From: Octopus bimaculoides
Lineage: Eukaryota
Assembly: GCF_001194135.2 (NCBI RefSeq)
Contig: NC_068994.1
Coordinates: 32,646,192-32,710,191 of the forward strand
Length of the DNA: 64,000 bases
Direction of reading: 5' to 3'
Under the pieces are notes generated by a model. The model was given only the letters and a program-made list of their open reading frames with translations. It was not told the origin of the DNA and ran no database searches. The translations under genes and the position numbers were made by a program. Of the stretch, positions 37,809 to 51,236 are shown piece after piece. The stretch's first letter is position 1; every line of letters starts with the position of its first letter.

Positions 37809-38330
37809 TTCTTATATATGCATGGAATACAATTCTTCTGAATTTTCAGATTCTTTTTATATGCTAGGCCACTGGTTTTAAATTAATGTTAATTAAATTA
37901 ATATTCAACTTATCACCCTCAGTATATAAATATATAGAGATATAGATATATATTCATACATATTTCTTTAAGTTTCTTTATTTCTTTAAGTTTCCTCTGG
38001 TGCTGTTGCTGGTTGTGTCTCTTGGGGAATTTTCTTTCCTAGAAGACATAACTTACACTAGAGAAAACTTTAAAAATTAATGAAAATATTTAAAAGTGTG
38101 ACAGGTATTAAATACCAGCCAACAAAACTGGAAATTTGTATGACGTTCAAACTAATATATATATATATATATATCATAAAGAAAATGGAGAGTTTGAACA
38201 AAGCATAATCAATTTATTTACATTTTGTCAATCATATAAGCCTACGATCGTTTCCATATCATTCTTCATTCAAATTACAATTAAAATTGCATCATTAAAT
38301 AACTAATGTAGATATCTCTTCAGGGCAAAA

Positions 38331-38366
<36 letters not shown>

Positions 38367-39477
38367 TTTATATGTACGTATGTATAAGGTACACAATTAC
38401 AAATATATGTGAACTGAAGAACAAGAGGAATTTTCAAGAGGGATGCTCTTTGGTTTTGCTGGTGAGAAGACAAATCTCTGATGCTGGTAAACAGACAAAT
38501 GAAGCCAATATTGGATACAGAAAACTCTTTTAGCTTTGCCAGGGACAGTTCAACATTTCATGTGTTCTTGCTATGATAAAAAATTCACTGAGAATGTTGT
38601 GGTTTTAAGTGGTTGGCAGTAGGAAAGTCATTGAGCCCCTATTTAGAAACTATGGCAAAATAAAAAAAACCCCCAAAAAACATGCAGGTGAGCGTTGAGT
38701 ATGAATGATATACACCATAATGACTCAGCATGGTGTTGGTGCTGATGATGATGGTAGTGATGGTGATGATGATGATGGTAGTGATTGTGACGATGATGAT
38801 TGTGATGAAAATCGGGCACAAGTAACCACATAGTGTTTCTGTCAATGATTTGTTTCCTGTTTAGTAAAAATGCCTGGTCACATCAATGGGGAGAAAGAGA
38901 AAGTAAAGGGTGAGAGAGAGAGGGGTGGGGAAGTAGAGGAAAGAAAAAGAGGAGAGAAAGAGAGATTTCTGCTACATATTCTATTTTTTTTAAATTTGAG
39001 TTGAGGGATATTTGGCTACTATTTCTAGTGAGTCAAGCAACTACAGAGGCCCTGTCATAGGTTTGTTACAATGAGGGTGTGTGTTTTGTTAATGGCAACG
39101 ATAAGCAGTANNNNNNNNNNNNNNNNNNNNNNNNNNNNNNNNNNNNNNNNNNNNNNNNNNNNNNNNNNNNNGGTGGTGGTGGTGGTGGTTGGTGGTGGTG
39201 GTGGTATGGTGGTGGTGGTGGTAATTTTGGTGACTGATAGGAGGGGGGTTGTACACGGGAGATTCTCTTGTCGTGCATGCAATTTCACTCTGTCATATTT
39301 CATAAATTTAATCAAATTTGAAATGATTTCAATATTAACGATGTGGTAGTGGTAGTGGTGAGGTTGGTTACAGGCAGGAAGGCACTTTAATATAATCATA
39401 CATGCTTACAAAACACACATACACACACACGCACGTCAGTACCAAATAAATACCATGTGAATTTATCAATATATATA

Positions 39478-40353
39478 CAGGATGCGATGAATAAACTGTC
39501 GTCTAAATTACGCAAAAATGAAAATAATACCGACATCTCATTTTAACAAATACATTTACCAAAATTACATAAAGATATTTTGAAATACTAAAGAGTAAAT
39601 TTATTCGATAAAATCGCCATTGGCTTCAGCCATGGCCTTCAGACGACTTTGGAATCTCCTGCAACTCTTCTGGACGGTCTCCTTGTTTAAGTTGGTGAAA
39701 ACTGCCATAATCCTTGCCTCCAGTTCATCTTTGGTGTTAAAAGGAGTTTTTTTTGGTCTCTTGTTCAACTGTGCCCCACATATAATAATCAAGGGGGTTG
39801 CAGTCTGAGGAGTTAGGTGGCCAGATATTAGGGGTGATGTGATCACAGAAATTGTCTGACAGCTATGACTGGGTTCTCCTGCTTGCGTGGCATGGTGCAG
39901 AGTCCTGTTGCTAGACATAGGGTCTTCCAGCAGCCACCCTCTTGACCCAGAGCAGTACTGTCTCCTCCAGGTACTTGATGTAGGCCTCCATGTTGAGTAT
40001 GAGGCTGTGTGGGAAGATGAATGGAGGCATAATGTCACCATCACTAGTGATCATTCCAAAACCATGATGTTGACTGGATGTCTGATTTTTATCACTCTTG
40101 GTACACGTCCTCAGATTGACATCCAAACACTCTGAAATGTTTGTATTGGAGCTTCTGATACAAATACCAAGCAGTACAGCATGTCGTTTCCAAATTATTT
40201 CTGGCAGAGTGAATTGCATCATGATGCTGTTTTTCTCACAGACAGTGCCCAACTGACCCTACTATACTGTGTAGTTGACAAAATCAAAAACAAACAATGC
40301 ACATGCGCAAATTTAAAAATATAAAATGGCAACAATTCACTCATCGGACCCTG
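39478..40353 (-). mobile_element. Internally deleted Tc1/mariner element (maT/DD37D-like) with TIRs and TA target sites
   Basis: TA|caggatgcgatgaataaactg ... caattcactcatcggaccctg|TA. Frameshifted remnants read FGMITSDGDIMPPFIFPHSLILNMEAYIKYLEETVLLWVKRVAAGRPYV, then WPPNSxDCNPLDYYMWG in another frame, then NTKDELEARIMAVFTNLNKETVQKSCRRFQSRLKAMAEANGDFIE*. Confidence 0.85.
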
Positions 40354-41522
40354 TATATATNNNNNNNNNNNNNNNNNNNNNNNNNNNNNNNNNNNNNNNN
40401 NNNNNNNNNNNNNNNNNNNNNNNNNNNNNNNNNNNNNNNNNNNNNNNNNNNNNNNNNNNNNNNNNNNNNNNNNNNNNNNNNNNNNNNNNNNNNNNNNNNN
40501 NNNNNNNNNNNNNNNNNNNNNNNNNNNNNNNNNNNNNNNNNNNNNNNNNNNNNNNNNNNNNNNNNNNNNNNNNNNNNNNNNNNNNNNNNNNNNNNNNATA
40601 TATATATATATATATATATATACACAAACATAATTATCTACATCATTTTCACTTAACATCTGTTTTCCATGCTGGCATGGGTTGGATGGTTTGACAAGAG
40701 CTAGTGTGCCTGAGGAAATATATCAAACCCCAATGTCTGCTTTTGACATGGTTTCTATAGCCAGATGCCCTTCCTTTATGGAGTGTACTCTATACTTTCT
40801 TTGTGGGACCAGCACTAGTGAGGTCACCAAGTAACTCACAAATCAAGACTCACAACTGAGTGGAATAGAGTATTAGGGAAGGTAACTTTATGCAAGGTAA
40901 TAAGGGGTTAAATTATGATAGATGGACAGTATATATCAGTCTGCCCTAACTCTTCGAAACGCTAGTGTTAGAATGGTGGCAGCTGATGAAGGAAATGTTC
41001 TCTATGTAGCCTGTGCTTTCTGTACTCTGTTTATCATTTTGTCTACGTTTTGTTTGCAACGTCCTGTACCCAGATATGCATCTATATAAACAGGTAGATG
41101 TAGGTATATACATACATGTACGTATATATGCATACACTCATTTATTATTTATATATATATGTATATATATATGTGTGTGTGTGTATGTGTATGTATGTAT
41201 GTATGTATGTATGTATGTATGTATATATAGATGCAGGTATTGCTATGTGGTAAAAAGCTTGCTTCCCATCCATATGGTTTGGGGTTCAGTCCCACTGTGG
41301 CACCTAGGGCAAGTGTCTTCTATTATAGTCATGGGCTGACCAAAGCCTTGTGAATGGATGTGGTAGACGGAAACTGAAAGAAGCTTGTCGCATATATGTA
41401 TATGCATATATTTGTGTGTGTGTGTGTGTATGTGTGTGTATCTGTCTTAGTCCCTCCACATTCACCTGACAACCGCTGCTGGTGTGTTTAAGTCCCCATA
41501 AATTAGGGGTTCAGCAAAAGAC

Positions 41523-42521
41523 ACTTTTGAACCTTACCATAAATATAATTAACAGAACCGTGTACACGTTCTCCATTCGTGGGGAACAACTAGTATATGA
41601 TTCTGAGAATTATATTTATTTGGCAGTCTGTACTGATGAGAAACAGATATTTTTGGTAAGAAAGTATTAATTTCAAAACTAGTTTGTGAATAACTTTGTA
41701 TATATTTATGTAATTTTCACTTGTCTTGCCCATATACGTTTTGTTACTTCGCTAAATTTCCTTTGAGAACAATTCGGTCTTAGTAGACACATTACATGTG
41801 ATCTTCTAGCACATTAACAGTCCACCTAGTGGTCTCCTTTATATATATACATATACAATAATCCTTTGAGATCTCAGATATTTTTTCTGAATCTCCTTGA
41901 TTCTTTTAATGCGCTTGTTCCCTGGTATTAAATTGATATTAATTAATATCCAATTTTTTACCCTAATGTTTTAATTTAATTAACCATAACCACGTTCTCA
42001 AAGCTGGTATATTCTATGCAGAAACCATTTTCTGCAGAGATATTTCCGGATTTAGCGCTCCAAAACGAAGACTTTTGAATCTTACCATAAATATAATTAA
42101 CAGAACCATGTGCGCGTTCTTCATTCGTGGGGAACAACTAGTATATGATTCTGGGAATTATATTTATTTGGCAGTCCGTACTCATGAGAAACAGATATTT
42201 TTGGTAAGAAAGTATTAATTTCAAAACTAGTTTGCGGATAACTTTGCATATATTTATTTAATTTTCACTTGTCTTGCTCGTATACGTTTTGTTACTTCGC
42301 TAAATTTCCTTTGAGAACAATTCGGTCTTAGTAGACACATTACATGTGATCTTCTAGCACATTAACAGTCCACCTAGTGGTCTCCTTTATATATATACAT
42401 ATACAATAATCCTTTGAGATCTCAGATATTTTTTCTGAATCTCCTTGATTCTTTTAATATGCTTGTTCCCTGGTATTAAATTGATATTAATTAATATCCA
42501 ATTTTTTACCCTAATGTTTTA

Positions 42522-42525
<4 letters not shown>
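41523..42525. repeat. Tandem duplication, period 548 bp (unit 1 41523-42070; unit 2 42071-42525, incomplete)
   Basis: Both units start acttttgaa(c/t)cttaccataaatataattaacagaacc and share about 455 bp at high identity. Confidence 0.95.
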
Positions 42526-42569
<44 letters not shown>

Positions 42570-43374
42570 TGATATACACACATGTACATATATATATACA
42601 CTACACACATACATATTTATTTTTTAGTTGTTTCAGTCATTGATCTGCAGCCCCATCTGGGGCACCACCTTGAGTGTTTAGTCAAAGAAATTGATTCCAG
42701 TACCAATTTTCAAAGTCTTTTTCTTATTCCATTGGCCTTTACTGCCAAAGTGCAAAATTAGGGAGATGTAAATAAACCAACAATGTTTATGAAGTGGTGT
42801 TGAGGTGGTGGCAAACACAGACACACATGCACACACACACACACACACACACACATTTATGTATGTATGTATGTATGTACGTATACGAAGACCTTCTACA
42901 TGGTTTCCCTCTTCCAACTTCACACACAAGACATTGGCTCACTCGGAACTAAAATAGAAGGCACTTACTTGTTCAAGGTGCCATGCAGTAAGAGTGAACC
43001 AAAAGCCACATGGTTGCAACACAAGCTTCTTAACCATACATATATATTTTTATGCATGCACTTTTATATATGTGTGCATGGGCTCTGCAGGTTACCAACT
43101 CTATGTATTTGCAATAAACATACAGTTCACTTAAATGGCTCTGCAGAAGCTATAAAATGTTGCATGAGCACTTACCTCTGAGTGCAATACTTCTTATAGC
43201 AGAAACAGCTGTAAGTCAATGAATGTTACAAAGAGAGAGAGTGAGTGAGAGAGAGAAAGAAAGTATGCATGAAGCTTGGGTTCAGTCCCACTGTGCAGCA
43301 CCTTGAGCAAGTATCTTTTACTGTAGCCCCAAGTTGACTACAGCCATGTGAGTGGATTTGAAAGAAACCCATCA

Positions 43375-43414
<40 letters not shown>

Positions 43415-44109
43415 CGTGTGTGTTTGTGAGCGTGTGTATGTGCATGTGTGCGTTTGTAGCCATGTCATAATATATGATGATTACAAACGAACGTCATCAT
43501 CATTATACAAGCAATGTTCTTCATTTTCAGTCTTCCATGAAAAACATGTCTGACCATGGGGGAAGTATTACTTTGCTTGGAAAGAGGTGAAGGTTGGTAA
43601 CAGAAAAGGCATCCAGCTGTAGAAAAATCAGTCTCAACAGATTCTGTCTGACACATGCAAGCATGGTTAAGTGAATATTAAATGATGATAATATGTGTGC
43701 ATGTGCACACACACACACACACACATACACACACACATATATGCATTGCACACACACATTTTGCATAATATGCATGCTTTTAATATCAGACCAAAATAAT
43801 TACATATGTGTGTAAGTATGTGTAAGAATGCACGTTTATATATACTGTATATTTATAAATGCATATCTATATACGTCTAGTAATTATTACAGCAAAGTTA
43901 TAAACACATAAAATTCATGTACAATATGATATATGTGTGTGTGTGTGTGTGCGTGTGCGTGTGTCTGTGTGTGTGTGTGTGCATGTGCGTGTGTCTGTGT
44001 GTGTGTGATGCAATATTATAAAATATAATTTAATATTAAATTTAATGTTATATTATTATTAATATGATACATACATATATTTATATAAATACACATGCAC
44101 ACACATATA

Positions 44110-44145
<36 letters not shown>

Positions 44146-44546
44146 CACACACACATTTTCATATACATATATGTGTGTTTATGTTAAAATATATATTTTT
44201 ACACACACACACACACGCACTCAAACATATAAACACAAATTTGTCTGTCAATATCTATGCATGGAAGCATGCCTCTGTGTGTTTGTTTGCATGTGCATGC
44301 GTGTGCATGTGCATGCGTGTGCATGTGTATGAGATTATACATATGTATTATTCAAAATTTCATTAAGTCTAATGTAATTCAGGTTGTTTTCATTAAAGCT
44401 GGCATAAATATTTGCTCGAGAGATATAAATTGAAGATATAGTCCTAATGTGTGTATATACATGCATATATATATGTGTGTATGTGAATCTGTATATATGC
44501 ACATAGTTATCTCTTACTCCCTCTTTCTCATTATATCCATACATGT

Positions 44547-44590
<44 letters not shown>

Positions 44591-44597
44591 CACACAC

Positions 44598-44634
<37 letters not shown>

Positions 44635-45254
44635 GCTTGGATTTTAATAAAACTGGTTGTAAATAGTATTTTTGCTTTGACCTCAAACCAAACTGAATAT
44701 GAATTGTTCCTCGAGGAGTTTGTTCAATACAACTTAATGAATATTAATAATTTCAAGCAAACACACACGGAGCAGATGATTGACAGGATCAGTTCGGCAC
44801 CAAGCAGAATGCATTGTGGTATTTAGTTAAGTCTTTTTTTAGGCATGAGTTCAAATCCTACCAAGACCAGATTTACCTTTTATCTTTTAGGCAACATTAT
44901 ATTTTCTTATTTCTTTATTGCCCACAAGGGGCTAAACATAGAGGGGACAAACAAGGACAGACAAATGGGTTAGTTAAGTTGATTACATCGACCCCAGTGC
45001 ATAACTAGTTCTTAATTTATCGACCCTGAAAGAATGAAAGGCAAAGTCAACCTCGGCGGAATTTGAACTCAGAACGTAACGGTAGACGAAATGCCGCTAA
45101 GTATTTCGCCCGGCGTGTTAACGATTCTGCCAACATGCCGCATTGTATTTTCTGCCGAGCAAATCAGTGTGTATAGTGTAAACATACAAACATCACTATA
45201 TTTCCAAATCCATCTGCATTTCACATGGAATTGTTGGTTCTCCAACGTTGCCCT

Positions 45255-45630
45255 GATATTTAATTTTATATGGGGCTGAAATTTGGACCTTCACCAAAAA
45301 GCTTGAAAAACAAATAGATAGCTGCTACAGAAGAATGTTAAGAATGGTTCTGAATATTACATGGAGAGCTCATTAAACCAATGAGAAGCTTTATCAAGAT
45401 CTAACCAAAGTGACAGACAAGATTCAGCAGAGAAGAATAAAAATTGCTGGTCCTTGCGTCAAGCACCTGGAAGAATCTGTGTGTGTCAACTGGTCTTATG
45501 GCAGTCAGTTGAAGGGAGAATCAATATAGGGGAAGAAAAGGTCTAGCATATGTAGACAACAGAATGGTAAATGTTGATGAATTAAGAACATGTGTAGGGA
45601 ACAACGATGGATAGTGTGCTTGTATGAAAT
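45255..45630 (+). mobile_element. RTE-clade LINE 3' fragment
   Basis: LILYGAEIWTFTKKLEKQIDSCYRRMLRMVLNITWRAH*TNEKLYQDLTKVTDKIQQRRIKIAGPCVKH matches the post-RT LLYGxETWTxT...CYxRMLR...LNIxW...TN...RRLxxAGHCxRH motifs. Confidence 0.8.
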
Positions 45631-47055
45631 CATAGAAGCATCTGAGAGCATGCTTTAACATGCTTACTGTGGTACAGACAGTTCATTTTGCATCGTAGAC
45701 AATTGAAGTTAAATTTTGCCCTTTTGCACTTCAGTTTGGAATTGTTGCTGTGTTTCCTTTGTTCGTTTATAGTGTTATTATTTGAACACAATATCATTAT
45801 TTGTCTTACATTATAACAGTTGCGATGAGGGGTGTTACGGCTGATCTGATCAATGGAACAGCTAGCTCATGAAATTAACCTACAAGTGGCTGGGCACTCC
45901 ACAGACAAACATACTCCTTATCATAGTTATCAAGGAAATTCAGCGTGATACAGAATATGACAAAAACAGGGCCCTTTGAATTACACATTTTTGCTAGATG
46001 AGTGGACCAGAGCAGCATAAATTAAGTAATGTTTTACTTACAATGTGCCACAGGGAATTGAACAAATGATCTTACGACCATGAATTGAACGCCACTAAGC
46101 CACGTGCCTTTACAAGGAGCTAAGTGGACTGGAGCAACATGAAATGAAATGCTTTGCTCAAGAGTACAATGCAATGCCTGATCTAGGAACTGAAACCACA
46201 ATCTTATGATCATGAGTGCAACACACTAACCACTAAGCCACGTATCTCTACAACGCAATGACAACACTCGTGTTAAAGTGTATTAAACATTACTTTTCCT
46301 TTGAACAACATCAGTGGAGTGGAGAGGGGTAATTTGTATATATGGATAAATGGTTACCTTAAAAAAAACCCTTGTCCAGGTTTGCTTCGTAATAAGGAAC
46401 TTGAGTGTAGATCCTCAACAGTTTTTAATAGATGACAAAGGCCATCGACATATTAAAGCTATATATATATGTAGGTTTTTATGGAGAGGATATATATATA
46501 TCAGTGGTGAGTGAAATATATATCAGTGGCAAATTCAATGTTTTCTTGAAATAATAAATTTCTATAGAGATTAGGATTTAAATTCCAATCTATGAAAAGT
46601 TTCGATCTACAATATTCTTAAAGGAATGGAAAATTATGTAGTAACTCAGGCTAATATGAATGAGCCTGGTAAGGTGTAAAGGACTGACCGACATCTCTTG
46701 TCAAGAATACAGGCGACAGTCAGATTGGTGATGTTTGACGTGAACTCTGCTTTCATTATTTGATTGCTGTTATTCTATGCGTCTTTGTGCAAAGATCAGT
46801 TGTGTTTTGCATGGTTGCCTTATTTTTACCCTAAACTTAGAAATGGAGAAAGACATAGGGGTAGGTATAAAAAAAATAAGCCATTTGGGGCTAAAAATAT
46901 TGTGGAGAAATGTGAGGCATCCTTTCATTATAAGCAGTAAACTTGCTTGCTGTTAAATTATCCGTGCATTACGTCTCTTACCGTCTTTTATACATGTGTC
47001 TTATACGAAATCTGTGATGAGCCCAAGTGACGCTGATGACCTGGAGTCACCTTTG

Positions 47056-47125
<70 letters not shown>

Positions 47126-48101
47126 TTATACACACACACATATCTACACACACACAGCTCTTACTTTTTACTTGTTTCAATCATTTGACTGTGGCCATGC
47201 TGAATGACTGGCTTCAAGAATTTTAGTCTAATGAATTGACCCCAGTACTTATTAATATTCTTGTAAAGCTTGGTACTTATTCTACCAGTCTCTGTTGCCA
47301 AACTGCTAAATCATGCAGATGTAAATGCACCAATACAGGTTGACCAGCAGTAGTGAGGGGACAAACACACACACACGCATGCGCGTATATGCACACACAT
47401 ATATACATGCTGAGCTTCTTTCAATTTCCATCTACCAAGTCTACTCACAATGTTTTGATCAGCTCAAGGCTATAGCAGCAGACACTTGCCCAAGGTGCCA
47501 CTCAGAGGGAGTGAACCCAGAACCATATAGTTGGAAAGCAAACTTCTTACCACACCTGTAATCATACATCTATATTATATATTAAAGGTGTATATATGTA
47601 TGTTAATATCGAATAATGAGAATGAATGCTCAATACTACATTTGTGGGTTAACTAGATTACCATTGGTTTCATGTGGATAGAGATATCTCTTTCAACAAT
47701 TATTCAAATCTGTATCAGGGAACGTTGGTGTTTATCTCCATCTTGGAAAAGAACAAGGGTTGTCTGGTTAACTCACAATTAAAGTATATGTATCATTTTC
47801 CTTTTATCTTTTGCTTGTTTCAGTCATTAGACCGTGGCCATGCTGGGGTACTTCCTTGAAGAATGAATCGGCCTCAGTACTTATTTTTTGCTAAGCCTGA
47901 TACTTATTCTAACAGTCTCTTCTTGCAGAACCACTAAAAGACCAAAACAATGGCAGGAAACAAAACTGGTTGGAGAGATCGTGTTGTGGCCTTATGTGCC
48001 TCATGGCATGAAGAGGACTAAATAACTAAGACACACCATACCAGTAAGTTAAAAGAAACAAGGCAGGACAGGATGTGGTTACATCTGAAACATCACCAAT
48101 A

Positions 48102-48297
48102 TAGTGGCGTATGGTGGTTGTGTTGTATTGGGTGTGGCACCACACCCAATGCCACCAAATTTCAAGCAGGAGTATAACAAAAGTTTCCCATTAAGATTTC
48201 TAATTAAATTAAGGAGTAAGGTTAATACTTATAATGAATTTGCCATTTTTGATGGGTGTGTAGCACACACCTAGCATACCAGGAATATACACCCCTG
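48102..48297. mobile_element. Possible degenerate hAT-like MITE
   Basis: Loose terminal similarity between tagtggcgtat...gggtgtggcaccacaccc and the reverse complement caggggtgtat...taggtgtgtgctacacaccc. No TSD found. Confidence 0.3.
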
Positions 48298-49344
48298 CAT
48301 CAATCATAAGTTTATTCAATTAATGTTACTGACTTGGTGCTAACCAACAACAACAATTATGAATAGTTTAAGAAATTCTCACATGATATTAAGAAGCTTG
48401 CTGTATGAATAAGGCATTTGGACTCAAGGTTGATATGATCATCATGTATTCAAATCATCATCATCATTATTGTTTTAATGTCTACTTTTCCATGCTTCCA
48501 TGGGTCAGACAGAAGACTAATGATTGTTGAGGCGATGGAATTAGTTGAAACTATCGACCCCGAAAAAAATGAGAGAAAAAAGTTCATCTCAACAAGTTTC
48601 AAATTCAGAACGTAAAGAAGCGGATCAAATACCACAAGACATTTCCTCCGCGACTTTTGCGATTCTGCTACTCCGCCATCCAAGGTCCGTCGCCAGACTT
48701 TGGTGCCTGAGGGTGCTTCAAAATATTTTGTGTGGGCACTAATTTCGTATTGCGGGAAGACTTTTATAAACTGTATTTTCTAAACCTCATGGTGCACCAT
48801 TGAATAGCGAGGAAGGAAGTGCCATGCAGTGAATTTAACAGTTTTTGTGTCATTTTGAATCTACGCCTGTAATTATTAAAAATAATAAATCAAACAAATT
48901 TGAAGAGTAGTCTCCACTAGCAGATTCAAGAGTAGTTTCCCTTTACAGGTTTTCTGGTCGAGATAAAAATTGTTTGTTAACAGTGAACGGAATTATTTTA
49001 TAACAAGTCGTTATAAGATTTTCTAAAAAGTTGCAGAATATATTTAGCTTTTAACTATAATTATATAGTGGAACACACTCGCTCAAGGTGTAGTGCTGTG
49101 GGACAGAACCTGATTCGACGTGGTTGTGAAGCGAACTCTGTAATACCACAGCCACGTGGAAGGTTCATGGAGTCTTGAGTAAGGCGTTAAACAACAGTAA
49201 CAACGTCGACAACATTAACAGTAACTATACTAGTATCCTCATAAATAGAAAGATATGCAATATTGTGTATCATCGGTGGATCGTATATCCGAAGAAAGAA
49301 ACACACTCAAAAAGTTTAGAGCACTACTGTATATATATTAAGTT

Positions 49345-49475
49345 AAAAATACTTCCGGTTACAAAGTGACCAATGGTTTCGCATCCATGAAACGCTTAGC
49401 TTTACAGACGGCTCGACAGAGTCCATTGGCAGTGGGCATATACCCTCTCTTCGAAGAGAGGGTATATGTCCACGG
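49345..49475. promoter_or_regulatory. Promoter-like patch: ETS-type motif ACTTCCGG, CCAAT/ATTGG and a 32-bp perfect palindrome
   Basis: atacttccggtt near 49349-49360, gaccaatgg nearby, and catataccctctcttcgaagagagggtatatg at 49437-49468, all in CpG-rich unique DNA. No transcript evidence is available. Confidence 0.35.
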
Positions 49476-49916
49476 CCACACACACTGCATGTGAGTGTGT
49501 GTGTGTGTGTGTGGGGGGGGGAAATAAGGAGCAATTCCATCACAGGTAGATGAAAACTTGCTACAAGTAATCACGTGTTCCAGCTCATAGCGGTCGGTGG
49601 CTAAACCGGTCCCTGCTGAACTTGCCCAGGTCCAGTGAAGATAGTGTGTGGACAATCAGCAGGATTTTTAACAAAAAAAAGGTGGTGGGGAAACGAAACT
49701 ACTTTCGATGGCGGATGAACTCAATAAGTTAAATAACGACCTCTATATCAAGAACGGGAGATGGACACCATTCATTACAATTATCAAACCCAGAGAAATA
49801 CTTGAATAGATGTCACATTAAAGCTGATATTCCATTAAAATTGTATTTCTGCCTCGTTAGATATCATCAGCACAGTAACTATCCTCGCTTATCTCCAGCA
49901 TACGAAACACTCACAT

Positions 49917-50850
49917 CTTTTATCTTTTACTTGTTCCAGTTAGTAGACTGCGGTCATGCTGGAGCACCGCATTGAAGAATTTTAGTCGAATGACTCGACT
50001 CCAGGATTTTTTTTAAGCCTGATACTTATTCTATCAGTCCTTTTGCCGAACCGCAAGTGTTACAGGGATATAAACGCACCAACACCGGTTGTCAAGCGGT
50101 GGTAGGGGGACAAACACAGACACAAAGACACACACACATAGACATATACATATACGATAGGCTTCCTTCAGTTTCCGTCTACCAAATCCACTCTCAAGGC
50201 TTTGGTCAGCCTGAGACTATAGTAGAAAACATTTGCTCAACGAGTCACGTAGTGGGACTGAACTCGGAAACATGTGGTTGGGAAGCAAGCTTCTTACCAC
50301 ACAGCCACGCCTGCGCCTATGTACAAGAACATGTTTAAAGCAAAAGTCGTTTGCATAAATGGAACGAAGACGAGTTAAAGAAAATGGTATACAGATGAAC
50401 AAAGGCAAAGAAGTTTTCCAAGACAAATTATTTAAAAAATATTTCTCGAAGCGAACCACTTCCACGTAACTAAAAAAATCTGCAGGCGCAAGCATGGCTG
50501 CGTAGTTGATGAGTTCACCTTCCAATAATGTGACCTTGAGTTCAGTTCTACTGCACGGTACCTTGGTCCCGGACTGACCAAAGTCTTGTGAGTGGATTTT
50601 TGTAGATGGAAACTGAAAGAAGCCCGTCATATGTGTGTGTGTGTGTGTGTGTGTGTGTCTTTGTGCTTGTGATCGTTCCCCATCACCGCTTGACTACCGA
50701 TTTTGTTTTGTTTACTCCCACGTTACTTAGTGGTTCGGCAAAAGAAATTAACAGAATAAGTACCAAACTGAAAGTATGTACTGCAGTCAACTTGCTCGAC
50801 TTAAACCCTTCACTGTAGTGCTCCTGAATGGCCGCTGTCCAGTAAAAAAA
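49917..50850. mobile_element. Two divergently oriented family A SINEs (49917-50318 minus; about 50485-50850 plus)
   Basis: Heads gccacgcctgcgcct (minus) and ggcgcaagcatggctg (plus), each with the family A core. Confidence 0.8.
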
Positions 50851-51236
50851 AAAAAGATATCGATGCTAACCAGAACACATCTTCATTGCCAAACTACTGC
50901 CTCCCATTAAGATTAAAATAAATAAATAAACAAATATATAAACTCCCTTGCCGGTTGCCGAAGTAATTCATGCTACAGACACACACCATTTCACGCTTAA
51001 CTCAGGTAGCGGGATTTTGAGCGAACGAAAATTGTGAAGTACGATCACAAATTTCGGGGTACAGTCGGTAATTTTGCTCTTGCGGAATGTACACTTTCTT
51101 CTAAGCGAAAAGTTCGCTTCGCATTTTACAACATGAAAATCAATGAGAAAATTAATTTCATTTTTCGGGATTTTTCCTGTTTCGAGAAGTTTTATCAGGA
51201 GCACATTACTTTCGTATTTACCTGGTTAACCTAAGG

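Noticed and set aside
38410-38640. Exon-like unique sequence (HQRFVFSPAKPKSIPLENSS... on minus)
   Set aside because: An acceptor is present, but there is no convincing donor or phase link.
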